Shown: positions 42,270-56,142 of the stretch, piece by piece
How the letters are laid out: each line of letters opens with the position of its first letter
How positions within the stretch are numbered: the stretch's first letter is position 1
Assembly: GCF_041956535.1 (NCBI RefSeq)
Contig: NW_027192205.1
Coordinates: 193,785 to 257,784 of the forward strand
Direction: 5' to 3'
Source: Calcarisporiella thermophila CBS 279.70
Taxonomy: Eukaryota > Fungi > Calcarisporiellomycota
Length of the DNA stretch: 64,000 nucleotides
Made by a program: the position numbers and the translations under genes
Notes under the pieces: generated by a model
What the model was told of the DNA's origin: nothing
Database searches by the model: none
Seen by the model: only the letters and a program-made list of their open reading frames with translations

Positions 42270-44972
42270 TTATGAGGGAGGCAACGCAACCTGCGAAGCA
42301 TCCAGACCAAGAGCATGCAAAAACAGATTTACATTCGCAATCTTCAAGGCCGCCTTTTCGCTCATTCCGCCCACTCCTCCGCTATCTCGTGTTGCCGCCG
42401 ACACGTTCTCAAGCACCTTCTCCCTAATCTCCGTCACCAGCACGTGCTGCTGCTCGACCGACGCTCCAACCGCAATGGCAGCCATAAACTGCCACACGTA
42501 CATGTCGTCTCCAGCGGATGGGGGAGGGAAAAGAGAAATAAAGTGGTGGTGAAGAGATGAGAAGAGATAGTTGTACAGATCTTGCCTAAAATGGTTGGGA
42601 AGCGTTTTAACAAGCGTCTCTTGATGCATGGCAAGAACACTCCATCATATTTACCACTGGGAAATTTCACGGTCATTTGGCGGAGGCAGGCCTTGTTTCA
42701 GGATCTCGGCCCTGCTCAAGAACATGGTCAAAAACGCAAGCCCCACCTAGAGATGCACCGCTGGTCAGCACCCAACCACCTGCAAACTGTGTGTAAAAAC
42801 CATACCTTGCTCTTTGCCACGTGCAATATGTTATTACGCTCCAACATCAGGCTCATCAATCCAATGACAATACGGAAGGGAGCTTCGGCAACAAATCGCA
42901 AAACAGGTGGCACCACCGAATTCATGAATATCTCAATTTCTTCCTGCATAAGTTGATTGAGCTCCTTTGCAGGCCCTAGCATGTATCCACGGCACACATC
43001 GAGCGTGTCAAAGTTGGCAACCAGCATGGTCACGAGGGTGAGTAGCTGATCCGGAGAAAGCTGGTGGCATACGCGAGGGATAAGCTTTTTCCCCTTTGAA
43101 ATGGAGAGGATCTGTACAAAGGGGTGTGGGTGAAGCGTGCCGAGGGGTTCAGTAATGCGTAGCTCCGTCCACATGCTGCTAATGGAACTATTCAGCTCCT
43201 CCTGCCATTGCTGCAGCGCAATGCGCGCTTCTTGTTCAAGTCCTGGTAAGACTTGAGGTTGCTGCCGACGGAGCTGCTCAGCCTTCAGCAAATGACTGTA
43301 GATGTTCTCCACCCAACGCAAAGTTTGCTTCCGGTTACTGATGAGGCTGCTTGTTATTGAGGATTGCTAATGACGGCGTTGCAATTCTAGTGAGAATCCA
43401 AATGTGACTACTGGATAACAAGCCTCAAGGTTACCTTCGCATCCGTTGCTTCTTTCAGCTGAGGGCTCTCGCTGATCTTTGGTGACATCTGCAGCACTTG
43501 CCGAGGATTACGCACAGAGTGGAGGGTGATTCGTCCAAGTGCACCTTCCAATGAGACTGAAATAGCCGGTGAAAGGGGTAAGCCAATGCTAGGGTTGATT
43601 CGATATAGATTATGAAGATACCTTGTGTTTGCTTCGGCTTTCTCCTGGCGTCGTTCACCATCCTCTGCACCTGTTGTTGCATCCGCATGATTCCTTGCTC
43701 CATACGCCTCCCTCGTCTTTCCCCTCCTTGATTCGCCCCACTCCTCTGGTCGCGCTGATCTCCATAACCAGATGTGGGCGGCATTCCACCTGGTATTGAA
43801 CGATTGCGGATTGCGTTAAACACTTGGAAGTAAAAGTCGTCAGCATACGGGTCATCGTTCACAAGCTGCGAAACTTGGATGCGGTGAATGTGTTCCTTGT
43901 CCTGCTGAGTCATAAGTCCGTTGTATTTCGACTAGTAACAGTAAAAGTATTCAGTTGGAATGTAAAGTATTTAGCTCAATTTGGGTTGCCTTTCTACTCA
44001 CCAATGCGTACATCCGAGCATGTCGCTCACGCCTCTTCCGCTCTCTCTCCATTGCTTCTGCAGCCAGTCTCTCCTGCTCCAAACGGATAGTATCGAGCTG
44101 CTGGACATGAGGGGGGAAAATTGCGGGTGGAGCGTTGTTCCCCGCTAGCAATGCAGCCTCCACTTCTGCCAGGCTGAGAACTTTTCCGGAGGGTATACTA
44201 TGTTGCTGCTGCAATTGAGGATTATAGGTAAGGTCGCCAGGCCATGTTTGGCTTTCGTTTCTTTGCCAGGGCTCAAGCTTGCGCTCTTGGTGAAGTTGAT
44301 GGAGTGAGTCTTGTGTTGCTGCAAAAAGATAGCAAAAATAGGTTTGCATCCATGTGCTAAAGAATCAGTTTAATCGATAAATTACGTACCGATCCTCCCT
44401 TGCCAGAGCGAGGACATACGCTCCGAGCCCATCTATTCAAATGAGTTTCATTATACAAATTCTTCGAGTTTAGCCCAAACTTCTATATACCTCACGCCCA
44501 TCGGCAAATGGGGGCACGGATTGATGCGCATCCTCCTCGCGATGAAGAACATATCCAGATGGCGTTTGCCTGTAGAATCCTTCATTCGACTGGTCCATTG
44601 GTCGCCTTACAAATTGCGATTCCTCCGTCTCGATCGTATCTCTGATTTTCTCCGTGTTTGAGGCAAAATCAAAGTCCTTCCCTGCAGAGTACGAGAGGTA
44701 TTATTTAAAATGGTTTTATACGGTGGTCAGAATTTGATCTCTAAAAAATTCATGAAAAATATAATCTTACCAATATCGCCCAGATCTCCAAATGTTTCGT
44801 CGTTTAACTCATCAAAATCGCCGTCGTCACCTAGTCCCGCCGTATTTCCATCCTCTAAAGTGAGATCCTCTAGCCCGGAGGCAAGCGCACCGCTATTTCT
44901 CTTGTGATTCCTCCAGCGGATCTCATCTTCCGGCGGAAGAGAGGTATCGAATCCAAAAAATGAATCGGTCAT
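42270..44972 (-). CDS. PAT1: mRNA decapping activator Pat1 (multi-exon)
   Basis: MTDSFFGFDTSLP, DELNDETFG, LSLAEVEA, YNGLMTQQDKE..RIQVSQL..DPYADDFY, ISKGKKLIPR, YVWQFMA, NVNLFLHALGL. Confidence 0.93.
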
Positions 44973-45250
44973 TGCAACATAAAGAGAAGATTTCTCTCTC
45001 TCTTAACTTGTTTTTCTTTGATGTCTACAGCGCCCCTAAATCGACAGAGAGCAGAGTATATTATTTCGAATGGCTACAATAATCAAATATTTCGTACTTT
45101 GGCAACCTCTCACTTCCGAATACTCAGTTATTGAATAATTGTGGCGCAGCTGTAGACGTCACCCGGAAAACTTTTTCTTGTTTGCGCTTTTCGCCGTGTT
45201 GTCGTTTCCTACTTCCAATCTCAATTTGCAAAAAGAGATAAATCAGTACC

Positions 45251-45747
45251 ATGGAGAACGAGCAGCGCAAGATTGTCGACCTCTATATCCCACGCAAGTG
45301 GTGAGTGCAAATATAGTTTCTAGATGCTGGATGCTTGAATGTAACCCCCATTGCCCTTAAGCTCTGCCACTGGCCGTCTCATCACTGCTAAGGATCATGC
45401 TTCGGTCCAGATTAACATTGGTGATGTGGATGCTTCTGGCCGTCTGACTGGCTCCTCCACAACCTATGCCCTTTGCGGTTTTGTGCGTGCTCAGGGTGAA
45501 TCCGACGACTGCTTGAATCGCCTGGCCACCGAGGATGGGCGTAAATATCATCTTTTTGCTTAATGCATCCATACGATACTAATTCATGCCTTCCCCCCTC
45601 TCTTCTTTTATCTCCAATCTTGTGCATTTGCATCTGCTTCAAAAGTCCTAAAATCGTAAGTCTATTTGATATTATTTTAGCTTTGGCCATTGGCTTACTC
45701 TATTTCTTTTTTTTCTTTTCATTAGTGTTTGGAGCTACCAGCGCTAA
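45251..45747 (+). CDS. RPS21: 40S ribosomal protein eS21 (4 exons, including a 10-nt microexon)
   Basis: [17 protein letters not shown]|[17 protein letters not shown]...[15 protein letters not shown]|LLKS|VWSYQR*. Confidence 0.95.
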
Positions 45748-46054
45748 TTCCTGTTATAGTTTTAATAAAATCCTGGTGAACATTATCGCATATATTCATT
45801 TCTCATATCTTCCTTTCTCTTCATCTTCAAATACTTCCTACTACACTATTTCCGTTTATTACCAATCTTGAGTATGTGTCAAACGATGATTCAAGGTTGT
45901 TGCGATGCGGAAGAAATTAAAATCTGCCATTTGATATCATCTTTCAATGGATTATTAGCTCATTGACGAGAATAATCGGCTATCAATTGGAAACAATTGT
46001 CCTACTATGCTGCCATTGCCATATTATTAGTAATAATAAAAGATTGAAATACAT

Positions 46055-46996
46055 CTAGTAATCATCGTCCTCTTCCTCGTCGGGTGTTTTGCTGCCAAAA
46101 ATGGATTTCTTCACTTGGCTTGTATGCGATTGTGTTCGTCTCTTAATGACGCCTATTATTTGCAAAGAAGTTGAGAGGATAGAAATATAAAAATAGCAAA
46201 GCACCGAGAATCCTCACCCGATTTTGCTAACCGCTTCTCTAGCATGTCGGTGGTGAAGGAATCCGTGTTTCCGAGCTCCTCGAAACCGATAAGACGATCC
46301 ACCACCACGCCATCGACAAAACAGAGGATACAAGGGAGGACCTGGATCTTAAGCTTCTCGACTAGGAAAGGGGCATTCTCCACATTTATCTTCATGAATT
46401 TCGTTGTAAAGTGCTTTTTCGCCAAATCCTAATATGACGTTTCCTTTGAAGTAAGAACCATGCTAGACAGAGACACAGTGTATGGCACTAATAAGATGGG
46501 AAACAACTATGACTTACATGCAAATGCTTGTCCAGAATGGCACATCTTCTAAAATCCTTGTGTGAGAATTGTAATATGCAGTTTTTGATTGTGGTTGTTA
46601 GACTCATGATTTCTTTCTCGTGTGGGATTTCAGTATAAATCCCATGCTCATTCTTGCGCATCTCCTGCAGTGTCTCCATTCTATATTTTCATTAGTTCAA
46701 AGCAGATATATAAGCTTCAGACTGCACACTTACTCATTGCGTAGCTGTTGTATTCTCCGCTCTCGAATTTCCGCCAAAGCATCGTCTTCTGCCTCTTCTT
46801 TCTCAAGCTCTTCAAAGATGGCATCGTCATCAATGTCAATGTTGTTTTCATCATCTCTATGAACTGCCTTCTCAACTACCGATTGGCGGACCTCCTGGGT
46901 GCTAAAAGCAAAAATGAGATCAGAAGCTAGCTCATAAGGTAAAGTTACAAGAGCCTACTTCTCGCTTGGCGCATTTGTTTCGTCGATGTGTTCCAT
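46055..46996 (-). CDS. Phosducin-like protein, TXNDC9/Plp1 type
   Basis: DDDAIFEELE, REQRIQQL, HGIYTEI, FRRCAILDKHL, APFLVEKLKIQVLP, DRLIGFEELG. Confidence 0.88.
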
Positions 46997-47312
46997 TATT
47001 TCGGTGCAGTGTATCTAACTGTATAATAATGGCGCGTTAAAATAGATGAGAAGCAGTCACATACATTTTACACAGATCAAGGTCTACCATCATCATTGCT
47101 CACTTATTTAACCGCCCATTATTTCTTTTACACGAGAATCGCGAGTGTTTTTTTTCCTTTCTTTACTAAATCTTTAGAAAGGAGGAACGAAAATTTTCTT
47201 CTTTTCTTCCTTCAAAATTTGGATTCCTGAACTTTTTTCTAGTCTTTCTTTTTTTTTTTCATTTGACTAATATAATTTTTCGTCTACAGGAGTGTTCCTC
47301 TTTCCAGCAATC

Positions 47313-49055
47313 ATGTCCGGCTTCAAAATTGAAAATTTAGAAGATTACAGTATTCCATACAAGGAATCCGTAATTGGATTCTCATTGGCAATTTATCTAC
47401 TGGAACAGTACCTCAAGTAAGATTTATCCTATATAATAATCTAGTCTGAAGTGCTCTAATCTGGCTTCATCTGACACACAGCTATCGGCAATATCGCAAG
47501 TACCTTGATCGCGAGCGCCCAAAACAACTTGAACCCATGGTGACTCAAGAAGATTTTTCTAAGGCACAAGCCTATGGTTCGGATAAGATCCGGTTCGAGT
47601 TCATTAGCGCATTTTATGGCAGTGCACTGCAGGGCACCCTTCTACTTGTGTACGATGTATTGCCTTTATTGTGGAACTGGAGCGGGGATCTCATCATGAA
47701 ATATGGAGGATATGGACCCAAATATGAGGTAATTCATCTGGCGCTTATTTCCTTCCTGCATTCCCTATTGATTGATGTGAATGGAAATCTTGATTCATAG
47801 ATAACTCAATCCATCGTCTTTTTTATCATCCTCAGCCTCATTAACGCCCTGCTCAACCTACCTGTGCAACTCTACTCTACATTCGTTATTGAGCAACGCC
47901 ATGGATTCAACAACCAGACCCTGTCGCTTTTCTTCGCGGACCTGGCCAAGATGCTTCTTCTTGGTGGCGCTATTGGAATTCCGCTCCTAGCGGGTTTCTT
48001 GTGGATCGTGAAAGCTACTGGAGACAACTTCTACTTCTATGTCTGGGTATTCATGTAAGTTAGCTCAGCTGGTGGCAAAGCTTTTTGCTCTAGGGTGACT
48101 CTAATTTTCCTTTTATCCCACCTCGGTTTAGGATGGCGGTTCAGTTTATCCTCATCACCATCTACCCGACCCTCATCCAACCCCTCTTCAACAAATGCGA
48201 TCCCCTTCCTGATGGCGAGCTTAAAACCCAGATCGAGGCTCTTGCATCACGCATCAAGTTCCCCCTAAAGAAGCTCTTTGTCATCGATGGAAGTAAGCGC
48301 AGCAATCACAGCAACGCGTACTTTTACGGATTTTTCAAAAACAAGCGTATTGTGCTGTTCGACACGCTCCTGCAACACTCGACTAACGATGAAATTGTTG
48401 CTGTCCTTGGTATGCCATGTCCTTTAATGCTTGTGGTTTGCTCTAAGCATTTTGACGTTTGTTCCATTATCCATAGCCCACGAGCTTGGCCATTGGTCTC
48501 TCAGCCACACCCTCAAACACCTCCTTATCGCACAGCTGCACCTCTTCATTGTGTTCTTCCTCTTTTCGCAGTTCATTCACAATTCTGCCCTCTACCGTTC
48601 TTTCGGCTTCGGCCCTGCCCAGCCAACCCTGATTGGGTTTATGCTCTTCCAATACATCTTCTCGCCAGTTGAGAATCTACTTAGCTTTTTGATGAACATT
48701 TTGAGTCGAAAGCACGAATACGAAGCTGGTGAGTTCTCCTTTTCATACGTAAATTAATATCATCCTCATTGACTTGGAATATTTGCTATTTCATTGGCAC
48801 CTCAAGATGAATATGCAATGAAGCTCGGATACGCTGAGCAACTGAAATCGTCCCTGATCAAGCTGAGCGTGAAGAATAAAAACGGAATGCACTATGATCG
48901 GTAAGGGCGCGGTATTCTACCCCACCTCTAATCTCATGCTCACTCTCTTCATCCTATCCCTTAGGTATTATTCGGCTTATCATCATTCGCACCCGACGCT
49001 CCTTGAGCGATTACAGAAGCTGGAGGCAGAAGAAGAGAAGCCGAAAAAAGAGTAA
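47313..49055 (+). CDS. STE24: CAAX prenyl protease 1 (M48 zinc metalloprotease)
   Basis: YSTFVIEQRHGFNNQT, IQPLFNK, IDGSKRSNHSNAYFYG, HELGH zinc motif, SRKHEYEAD, HSHPTLLERL. Confidence 0.96.
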
Positions 49056-49257
49056 GTTATCCGGAAGACAGCGAGAAACGGCTCTTTTCTTGTTTCATGT
49101 ATATTTTCTATGGCCGTTGACAAAAAAAAAGCAAATGCACTGGCATTTCAAATAAACTACCTTTCGACTAAAATTTCGTCACTTAGCTCTAGAATAAAAA
49201 AAATCAGAATTTTTGTATTTCTTAGTACCTCCAAAGTTTGTATGCTAATCCGGATTA

Positions 49258-50834
49258 ATGAACAGTACCCCTAGAGCACATCAAGACACTAAGCTAGGCC
49301 AATCCATCACAAAAAAGAGAAAGCATGTTGTCACCGATGGTGAGCATCCTCAAAACGCGCGCCATTATATCCGGGAACGAGATAAGCGGTATAAGCATCC
49401 GCCTATGGCCTCGAATACCGTGAATACATTAATACCGCCCTCCTCACATCGTTCAGCCTCAAGCGGGAATGTGGATGCAAGTGGTGCAAGTGAGGTGTCC
49501 ACAAAGCGTCCGAAAAATAGGGATACGAAAGATGCCCACTATCCATCGAAGAGGAGAAGAGATAATGCCTCGAACGAAAAGCCGAATGTGGGGACGAAAG
49601 AAATCGACACAAAGTCAAATGCTTCCATCGAAAGAAAAGGGTTGAAATCAACGTTAACCACGGAAAGTGATGAGGAGCTGAAAACCATGTTTGTATTGGG
49701 GAAGCAGAGGAGCAGGACCAAGCAAAAACAGCGTCGACCTGAGGAAAAACTCGAGAAGTCGGCCTCTCACCTTAACTGCATCCCCACGGTCCGTTCTGTT
49801 CCTGCGGTTGCCAAACGTTCTCTGCCCTGGACTTCGGTGCAGCGCCTCGTTCCCACGAATCACTGGAATAAGAGTGCCCATCGATCTGAGCTATTTCTGT
49901 CTTCAAAACCCACTCATCGAAACGGTACTTCCAAGTCTGTAAGTAAGCCTGCGAACCATCCCAGTAGAAAAAATGGTACAAACCGATTGAAAACGCAGGG
50001 TGCGATGTTTAAAGCCCCATCGCCCCAGAGAGAGGTGACCGAACTTGAACCTTTTGATATTACATCGTGCGAGGTATCCCCTCTAACCATCACTGAAGAG
50101 CCACCCGGTATGCGTTTATTTATTTTCACACTTTCAGTTATTGCTGAATATGATTATCACTAATATTGTCTTGCTACGTCTCTGTTTTTTCATTATCTAT
50201 AGACTCGCAAACCATGCTTTGTCCGCTTTGTCAAGAATCTACCCCACTTTCCCCATCGATCACCCTTAAGCTTGCTCACGCCAGAAAATACCCTCAAAAC
50301 CTTACCCACATTTATGCCACCATATGCCGATCTCACCGGGCTGAAACTTCCATCGTGCCTGATGGAATCCGCAGAGGATACCCGTCCATCATCGACTTCT
50401 CTGAACTGCGCGTAAGAGTATCCGGGATGCTGGAGGACTTGCAACAAATCCGGGAAGAGAGCTATTTTAGGCGGATGGCCCTGCAGTTGTACACAAAGTT
50501 TGGTAGAACAAAGGCGCGACAGGCAGGAGTTTTGCTAGAAAATTTTCATGCGTCGTTACCCGGGTATTATGGACCAAGGGGTGCCTCGATCATTCTCGAT
50601 ACGCTAACGCGCTCTTTGTTGCATACACGCAAGCTCACTTTTGCTCAGACATCCCCGCAGCAGCCTATCGAGTATCTACAGCAGGTACTAGTGCCCGAAG
50701 TAGGTGTGAGGTTGATCATGGAGGACAGGGGGATCGATGAAGAGGAAGCACGCAAAGTAATGAAAGAGAGCGCAGAGTTTGGAGCCTGTGTGCACGGAGA
50801 TGAAGAGGAGTGGGAAGAGGAAAAAAAAATGTAA
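49258..50834 (+). CDS. RTC4-like domain protein (2 exons)
   Basis: Basic disordered N-terminus; CPLC...ICRSH; GYPSIIDF; PGYYGPRG; VLVPEVGVRLIMED..ARKVMKESAEFG (RTC4 domain). Confidence 0.8.
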
Positions 50835-50960
50835 TGCAAGCGACTTGTTTTTTATTTCACTCTAATCTCGTGTATTGAACTCTTAGCTCTTCTAATTGTG
50901 GTTTGTAAATCTTTTCGTGTAATAACTCTTTTTGAAAGGCCTATCCTAAGTAGTAATCAT

Positions 50961-53201
50961 TCATTCACTCATCCAACGAACCCTTTGGGGTCGGGGTACA
51001 CACCCGAGTGCGAAGACAAGGACACTGTGTACAACATATATATCGTATACTAAATAGTCTATGGACGAAGAGGCGTGCAAGATAGAAATATCCTAGCTTA
51101 ATTATACGGCCACTCTCCATTATATAAAACGAATCGGAAGCGTTTCATTCACCATCGGGCGCCTGCTATTGATGGCTAAACCGCCTTGAACAGATGACAT
51201 ATTCATTGGAAGAGGGGGATACAATGGCCCTTGCGAGCTTGTGTTCTCTATCCTGAATTTCAATTTGGATCAGTACAAACCATTCTCACACCCATCCTCC
51301 TACTCCCAATACTCCACAGATAGTTGGGAGAGAACAAATAGTCTCCAACTTACGGTATAGGTCTCGTAGTGTCCTCTTGAACTCGACTTGGTCGAACTCG
51401 CTTGGAGTAAATGAGATAGAGCAAGACGAACCCATGCGGGATGAGTAGCAACAAAGCGTGGAGGTCAGCCCGGGGAAAAAGAAGAAGGACTCCGAGAATT
51501 GAAAACGCTAGAACCCAAAACCATTAAAATGAATAGGTGATTTTCTTCATAGATAGCCTCTATCACCCCACCTATCTGCACCAACCACCCTCGAAATGGC
51601 GTCGAAATAATCCACCAAAGTATGAAATACACTATCACGGTCCCATTCGTAATCAAAAAGTTGATCGTCTTGATCATGACCGTCCAGAGGCTCTCGTATT
51701 TTTCAATAGACACCGATACGATATTTCTCGCGCTCAAGACGTCGGCCTTCAGATCCTCCATAGCCTCTTGCAAGCCGACCATCTGCTGGTGGAGATGGGA
51801 GAGTCTTTCAATATGTGAGCGAAAACCATTGTCCAATTCGGCCTGGGCTTTCATCTGGGACGTTAATATGTCGTCCATAGCTAAAATTGCTTGTTTCTTC
51901 AAAGTGGCCACCGATTCTATCACTAGGGAAAGGGAAGAGAGTGAGGCATGGAGTTCAGTCGACAGGGTCTTTGCGAAGCGTGTACTCTCATCGAGAGTGT
52001 CCTGAATGCCCCTAACTCTCTCGACTCCAGCATCAAGCTGATGATGGAGAGCATGGGCAGTGGAAGAGAGGGTCTCGAATGAGTCAAAGATAGTGCGAGA
52101 TACGTTGTCAAGTTTGCTCTCAAGCATCTCAACACGATGATTTAGACCTTGGATCAACTCCTGGAATTTTGTGTGAGCGAAATGAAGGTCCTCGATGATC
52201 TCGCCAGATTTTATCTATAGAGGTGTAAATCGAACGGCTTAGTATCCTACTTTCTGTTTCGTAGGAACACATCGTCATTTCATGCTTTACCCAAGAGTGC
52301 TTTATCATCTTCTCCAGCTCGTTTTGCCGCTCAGTAATAAATTCAAACCAGGAGGTTTCTTGCTTAAAATGCTGCACGGCTCGCGCCTGCTGCTTTTCTA
52401 GCACGTCGTAATTGTTCAGCTGCAAACGAGTTATATTCCGATGAAGCTCTGCGATTATTTCGCGTTCTATTTCGTATCGCACTGCAAAACACATGCTAAC
52501 TACAAGGAGAGACAAAAAGGAGAGCATTGGGAACTCGAGAGAAAGGAGGTTGCGCCAGACAGAGAAAGAACAAGATCTTCTTACCCACTTGACGAAAATA
52601 GGCACTATAAGAGGTCCAATGCTGGGGGACTTTGGATAAAAACCTGGGATGATAACGAAATTAGGTTTTTGACAGCCGTGGGGTTTCACAGAATAAATGC
52701 CAGTTACTTGATGCATCTGTTCAAGCCACTCTGATCCTCCTTTTCACACTCTCCCGGTTTGGCTATCCCCGCCGTGGCCATCTCGCATATCGTCAACCGC
52801 ATTGCGTCTAGTTGAGGAGAAAATAAATGGTCAAGTTGATGTCATGGAATTGGATTTTTGACACCTGCACTTTGCTTTCTGCAGTTCGCTCATATCCTCG
52901 CTCTTGCACCCCTTTTCAAGCCCCATTGCCGCACGCCGAAAGCAGCTATTCGGGCCCGATACATAAGCCTCAAGGGCGGCTAGACATAAGAGTTAGCTCA
53001 TTTCACCCAATGTTGTCTAGTCCCATTCGGACACTGACCCATTCCGTCCTGTAATGCAGCCCGCTCTTCGGGCCCGGCCGTGAGCAGATTGAGATTCCAG
53101 GAGTCGTGTCCGGCCAAGCGTTTCTCATTAAAAAACCAACCGCCATGAACATGAATGCACCAGGTCAGGAGAAGAAAGAATATGAAACTGAAATGAGTCA
53201 T
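50961..53201 (-). CDS. Kar5/Tht1/Brambleberry-like nuclear fusion protein (3' end uncertain)
   Basis: Signal peptide; Cys-rich domain (CVRQC...C..LTICEMATAGIAKPGEC...C...W..YSG...MCFAVRY); coiled coil; 2-3 C-terminal TM helices. Confidence 0.75.
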
Positions 53202-53379
53202 TTGGGCAGGTTCCACGGTGGAGCCAGGAGACCTTTGGAACGATTTTTATAGCCATCGCCACCCGTTGGGTTTAAAGTCACAATAAACTTCTCTTTGTTA
53301 AGTAGGAGGAGGAATTGCAGGGGAAATTAATAAAACACGAGACAGGCTATAAATAACTAGAAAAAGATACATCTATTTT

Positions 53380-55339
53380 TTAAACAACGCTTCCGCCACT
53401 TCCGACTTTTCTGGGGTCGGCGGCGGCCTCCCATCCTGGCTGCTCTGCGCTGGTGGTAGGCACCCTCAAAACCATTTGCGCACCGGTCAGCGGGCGGGTC
53501 CTCGTGACATTGTGTCCAAGCGAGGCGAGGAAGTCGGCCGTACCCTGGTCGTAACTGTTTTCAGCAAGCGTCACGGCGGGGAGGATTTGGTCGTGAAGGC
53601 GTGGATAGGCGATGGCCTCGGCTGCAATGAGCGAGAAAATGGGTTGAGTTCTCACTCAGGGAGGATATTAAAAGGAGAGAAAACAATACTCACTCGCAGT
53701 CATGTTGAGGTCCACCACGTTGATGATGGACTGCAGCACGGCGGTAATAATGCGAGAGCCACCGGCTGCTCCGACACTCAAAAAGACCTCTCCGTCCCTC
53801 TCGATGATGGTGGTGGAGATGCTCGACAGGGGGCGCTTGCCGGGGGCGATGTAGTTCGAGGGGGTGCCGATGTAGCCGAACGCATTCGAGCGGCCGGGGG
53901 TGGAGAAGTCGTCCATCTGGTTGTTCAAGATGATGCCGGTGTCGTTGGTCATGACCTGGGAGCCCCAGATAAGGTTGACGGTCGAGGTCAAGGCGGCCGC
54001 ATAGCCCTCGGAGTCGCCGGAGCTCATGTGCGACGTGCCGCCGTCGGTCTTGATTTCGTAGCCCTTGGGGTCGTAGTACTCGGTGGTGTGGGTGGCGTTG
54101 TCGGTGATGCGGCTGCGGAGCTCGGCGGCGAGATCCTTGGAGAGGAACTGGTTGACGAGCTCGGTCACGTTTTGCACGTAGTCAGGGTCGCCAAGCACCG
54201 TCCTCTGCCCGTAGCCGAACTTCATGGCCTCGACAAGGCGGTGAGCGGTGAGGTTGTCTCGCTGGAGCGTGAAGCCCTCGAGGATGTTGAGGTCGGAGAG
54301 CACCACCGCTCCGCTGCAGGGAGGCGAGCACGTGTACACGTCGAGACCCCGGTACGTGGTGTGCAGAGGCTCGCGCTTCTTCACCACATAGCTGCTTAGG
54401 TCCTCGAGGGTCAGGATTCCTCCGCGCTCCTGCGTGGCCCGCACGATGCTCTCGGCGATCGGCCCCGAGTAGAATGCACTGGCGCCCTTCTCGGCGATGG
54501 CCTGCAGGGTGTCGGCAAGCTTAGTGTTGCGGATGATGTCGCCCTCCTTTGCGACCGTGCCGTTGGGCGCATACACCTCCTTCCACTGGGGATAGTCTAG
54601 GATGAAGGCGCTTTCGTTCTTGTCCGCGAGCTGGGAAGCCACCTCTCCCAGGACGGGGAACCCGTTGCGCGCAAGCTGAATGGAGGGCTCCACGAGCTTG
54701 GCCCAGGGGAGACGCCCGTGGTCTTTGTGCATTGTCTCAAAGCCGAGGATTTGACCTGGAGAGCGATGGCAAGAGATGAGGCTGTGGCTCGACGGCCCGC
54801 GAGTGGGGAGGAAAGAGGGGGGAGGGCCTTACCAGGGACGCCGACGGCCAAGCCTCCGATGGTGGAAGCGGTCTTATCCTTGTCGAGGTACATGGTCTCG
54901 TTCGAGGCGGCCGGGGCCATCTCACGGAAGTCGTAGAACACGCGCTCGCCCTTGGGGGTTCGGATGAGGGCGAAACCTATCCAGGCCAGCCCGGGTTAGA
55001 GGACGGCCGCGGGGGAAGCAAGCAGTATGGAAAGCAGCGGTCTCTTACCTCCTCCGCCAATCCCGCTGTGGTGTCCCGACATGACGCCGACACTATAGCA
55101 TCCCGCGTTAGGAGGATCTCTGCGCCACCCGGGTGGCCCGCAACAAGCACTTACCAGAAAGCGGTAGCAATGATGGAGTCGACGGCGTTGCCCCCCTGCG
55201 TGAGCATGGACGTGCCGATGTCAGAGCAGATCTTGGACTCGCAGGCGACGGCCCCGTGGGCGGTTTCGCGGCGCACAAGCGGGGCGGCGGCGACTCCGTG
55301 GAGGAGCGCTCCGCCCATCAGCAGCAGTTGCAGTTTCAT
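53380..55339 (-). CDS. Secreted gamma-glutamyltranspeptidase (multi-exon, GC-rich)
   Basis: Signal peptide plus RR; GAVACESKICS, GGNAVD, SGIGGG, DFREMAP, AVGVPG, nucleophile GTSH, LNNQMDDFS, PGKRPLSS, GAAGGSRI, ADPRK. Confidence 0.95.
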
Positions 55340-55423
55340 CGAGGGACGCTTGGAGACTAGGAAAAGAGGGGGAGAGCGAGCGTGGGAGCAAGGGGGAGAC
55401 CGGCCACCAAGGGACAAGCTTAA

Positions 55424-55433
55424 GTTATATATA
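55424..55433 (-). promoter_or_regulatory. TATA box for the GGT gene
   Basis: TATATAA on the minus strand about 90 bp upstream of the ATG, in GC-rich context. Confidence 0.5.
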
Positions 55434-56142
55434 GGCGCCGGATTTTGTTGACCGGCGACACAAGGATTCTCCTGGCCCCACTGTTTGCAGGCCGGTTTCG
55501 AGCCCAGCGCGCGTGGCCGCACCCCCCCCCAAGCAATCTCCATGTCTCGCAGGCTAATCATCGCCGTCGCACAATTTAAATTCGAGAAACACAAGAGCTC
55601 GCTTTTCGCACTCAGTCCCAGTGAGTTAGGCTCATATTAAAGGTGATGCAACCTGAAATCTCGCACGCGATTCGCCCGCCCCCCCCCCCGAATCCTTTTT
55701 CCGGGCCCTCAGAAGGCGAGGGCTCTCTGGCAGGCCCAGATGCCCAATCGCACGCAGGCGGGCGAGGCACCATTCTTACTAAAGACTCTGCGCACCACGC
55801 GAGCAGCGGTGTTCGGCAGGGTCATGGGTGCATCCTCCCGCAGCCGGCTCTAAGCGCAGGCCTAGGACCTTCTGTTTCGAAAAGGCCGCCCCGCTGCTCA
55901 GCCCTTTTCCCACCCCGTGCTCCTTCGGCCCGTTAGCGTCGGCCCTGCAATGGTCTCCACTCGACTCTGCCCTTCTGACACTATTCCCCGTTGTTTGTGG
56001 CAAGTGTGATGACGTCACTGGGATAATCTGCCGATGGGCTGGATTTCTCTCCTTCGAGGTAAAACCCCGTCCCGTTTATTTTGGTTTTCAACCATCGCGA
56101 TAATTTCCAGCGGCTCCAACACCCCCCCCCCCCCCCGGCATA

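Noticed and set aside
53476-54399. 307-aa plus-strand ORF and similar antisense ORFs (8001-8621, 25127-25639)
   Set aside because: Shadow ORFs of real genes caused by codon bias
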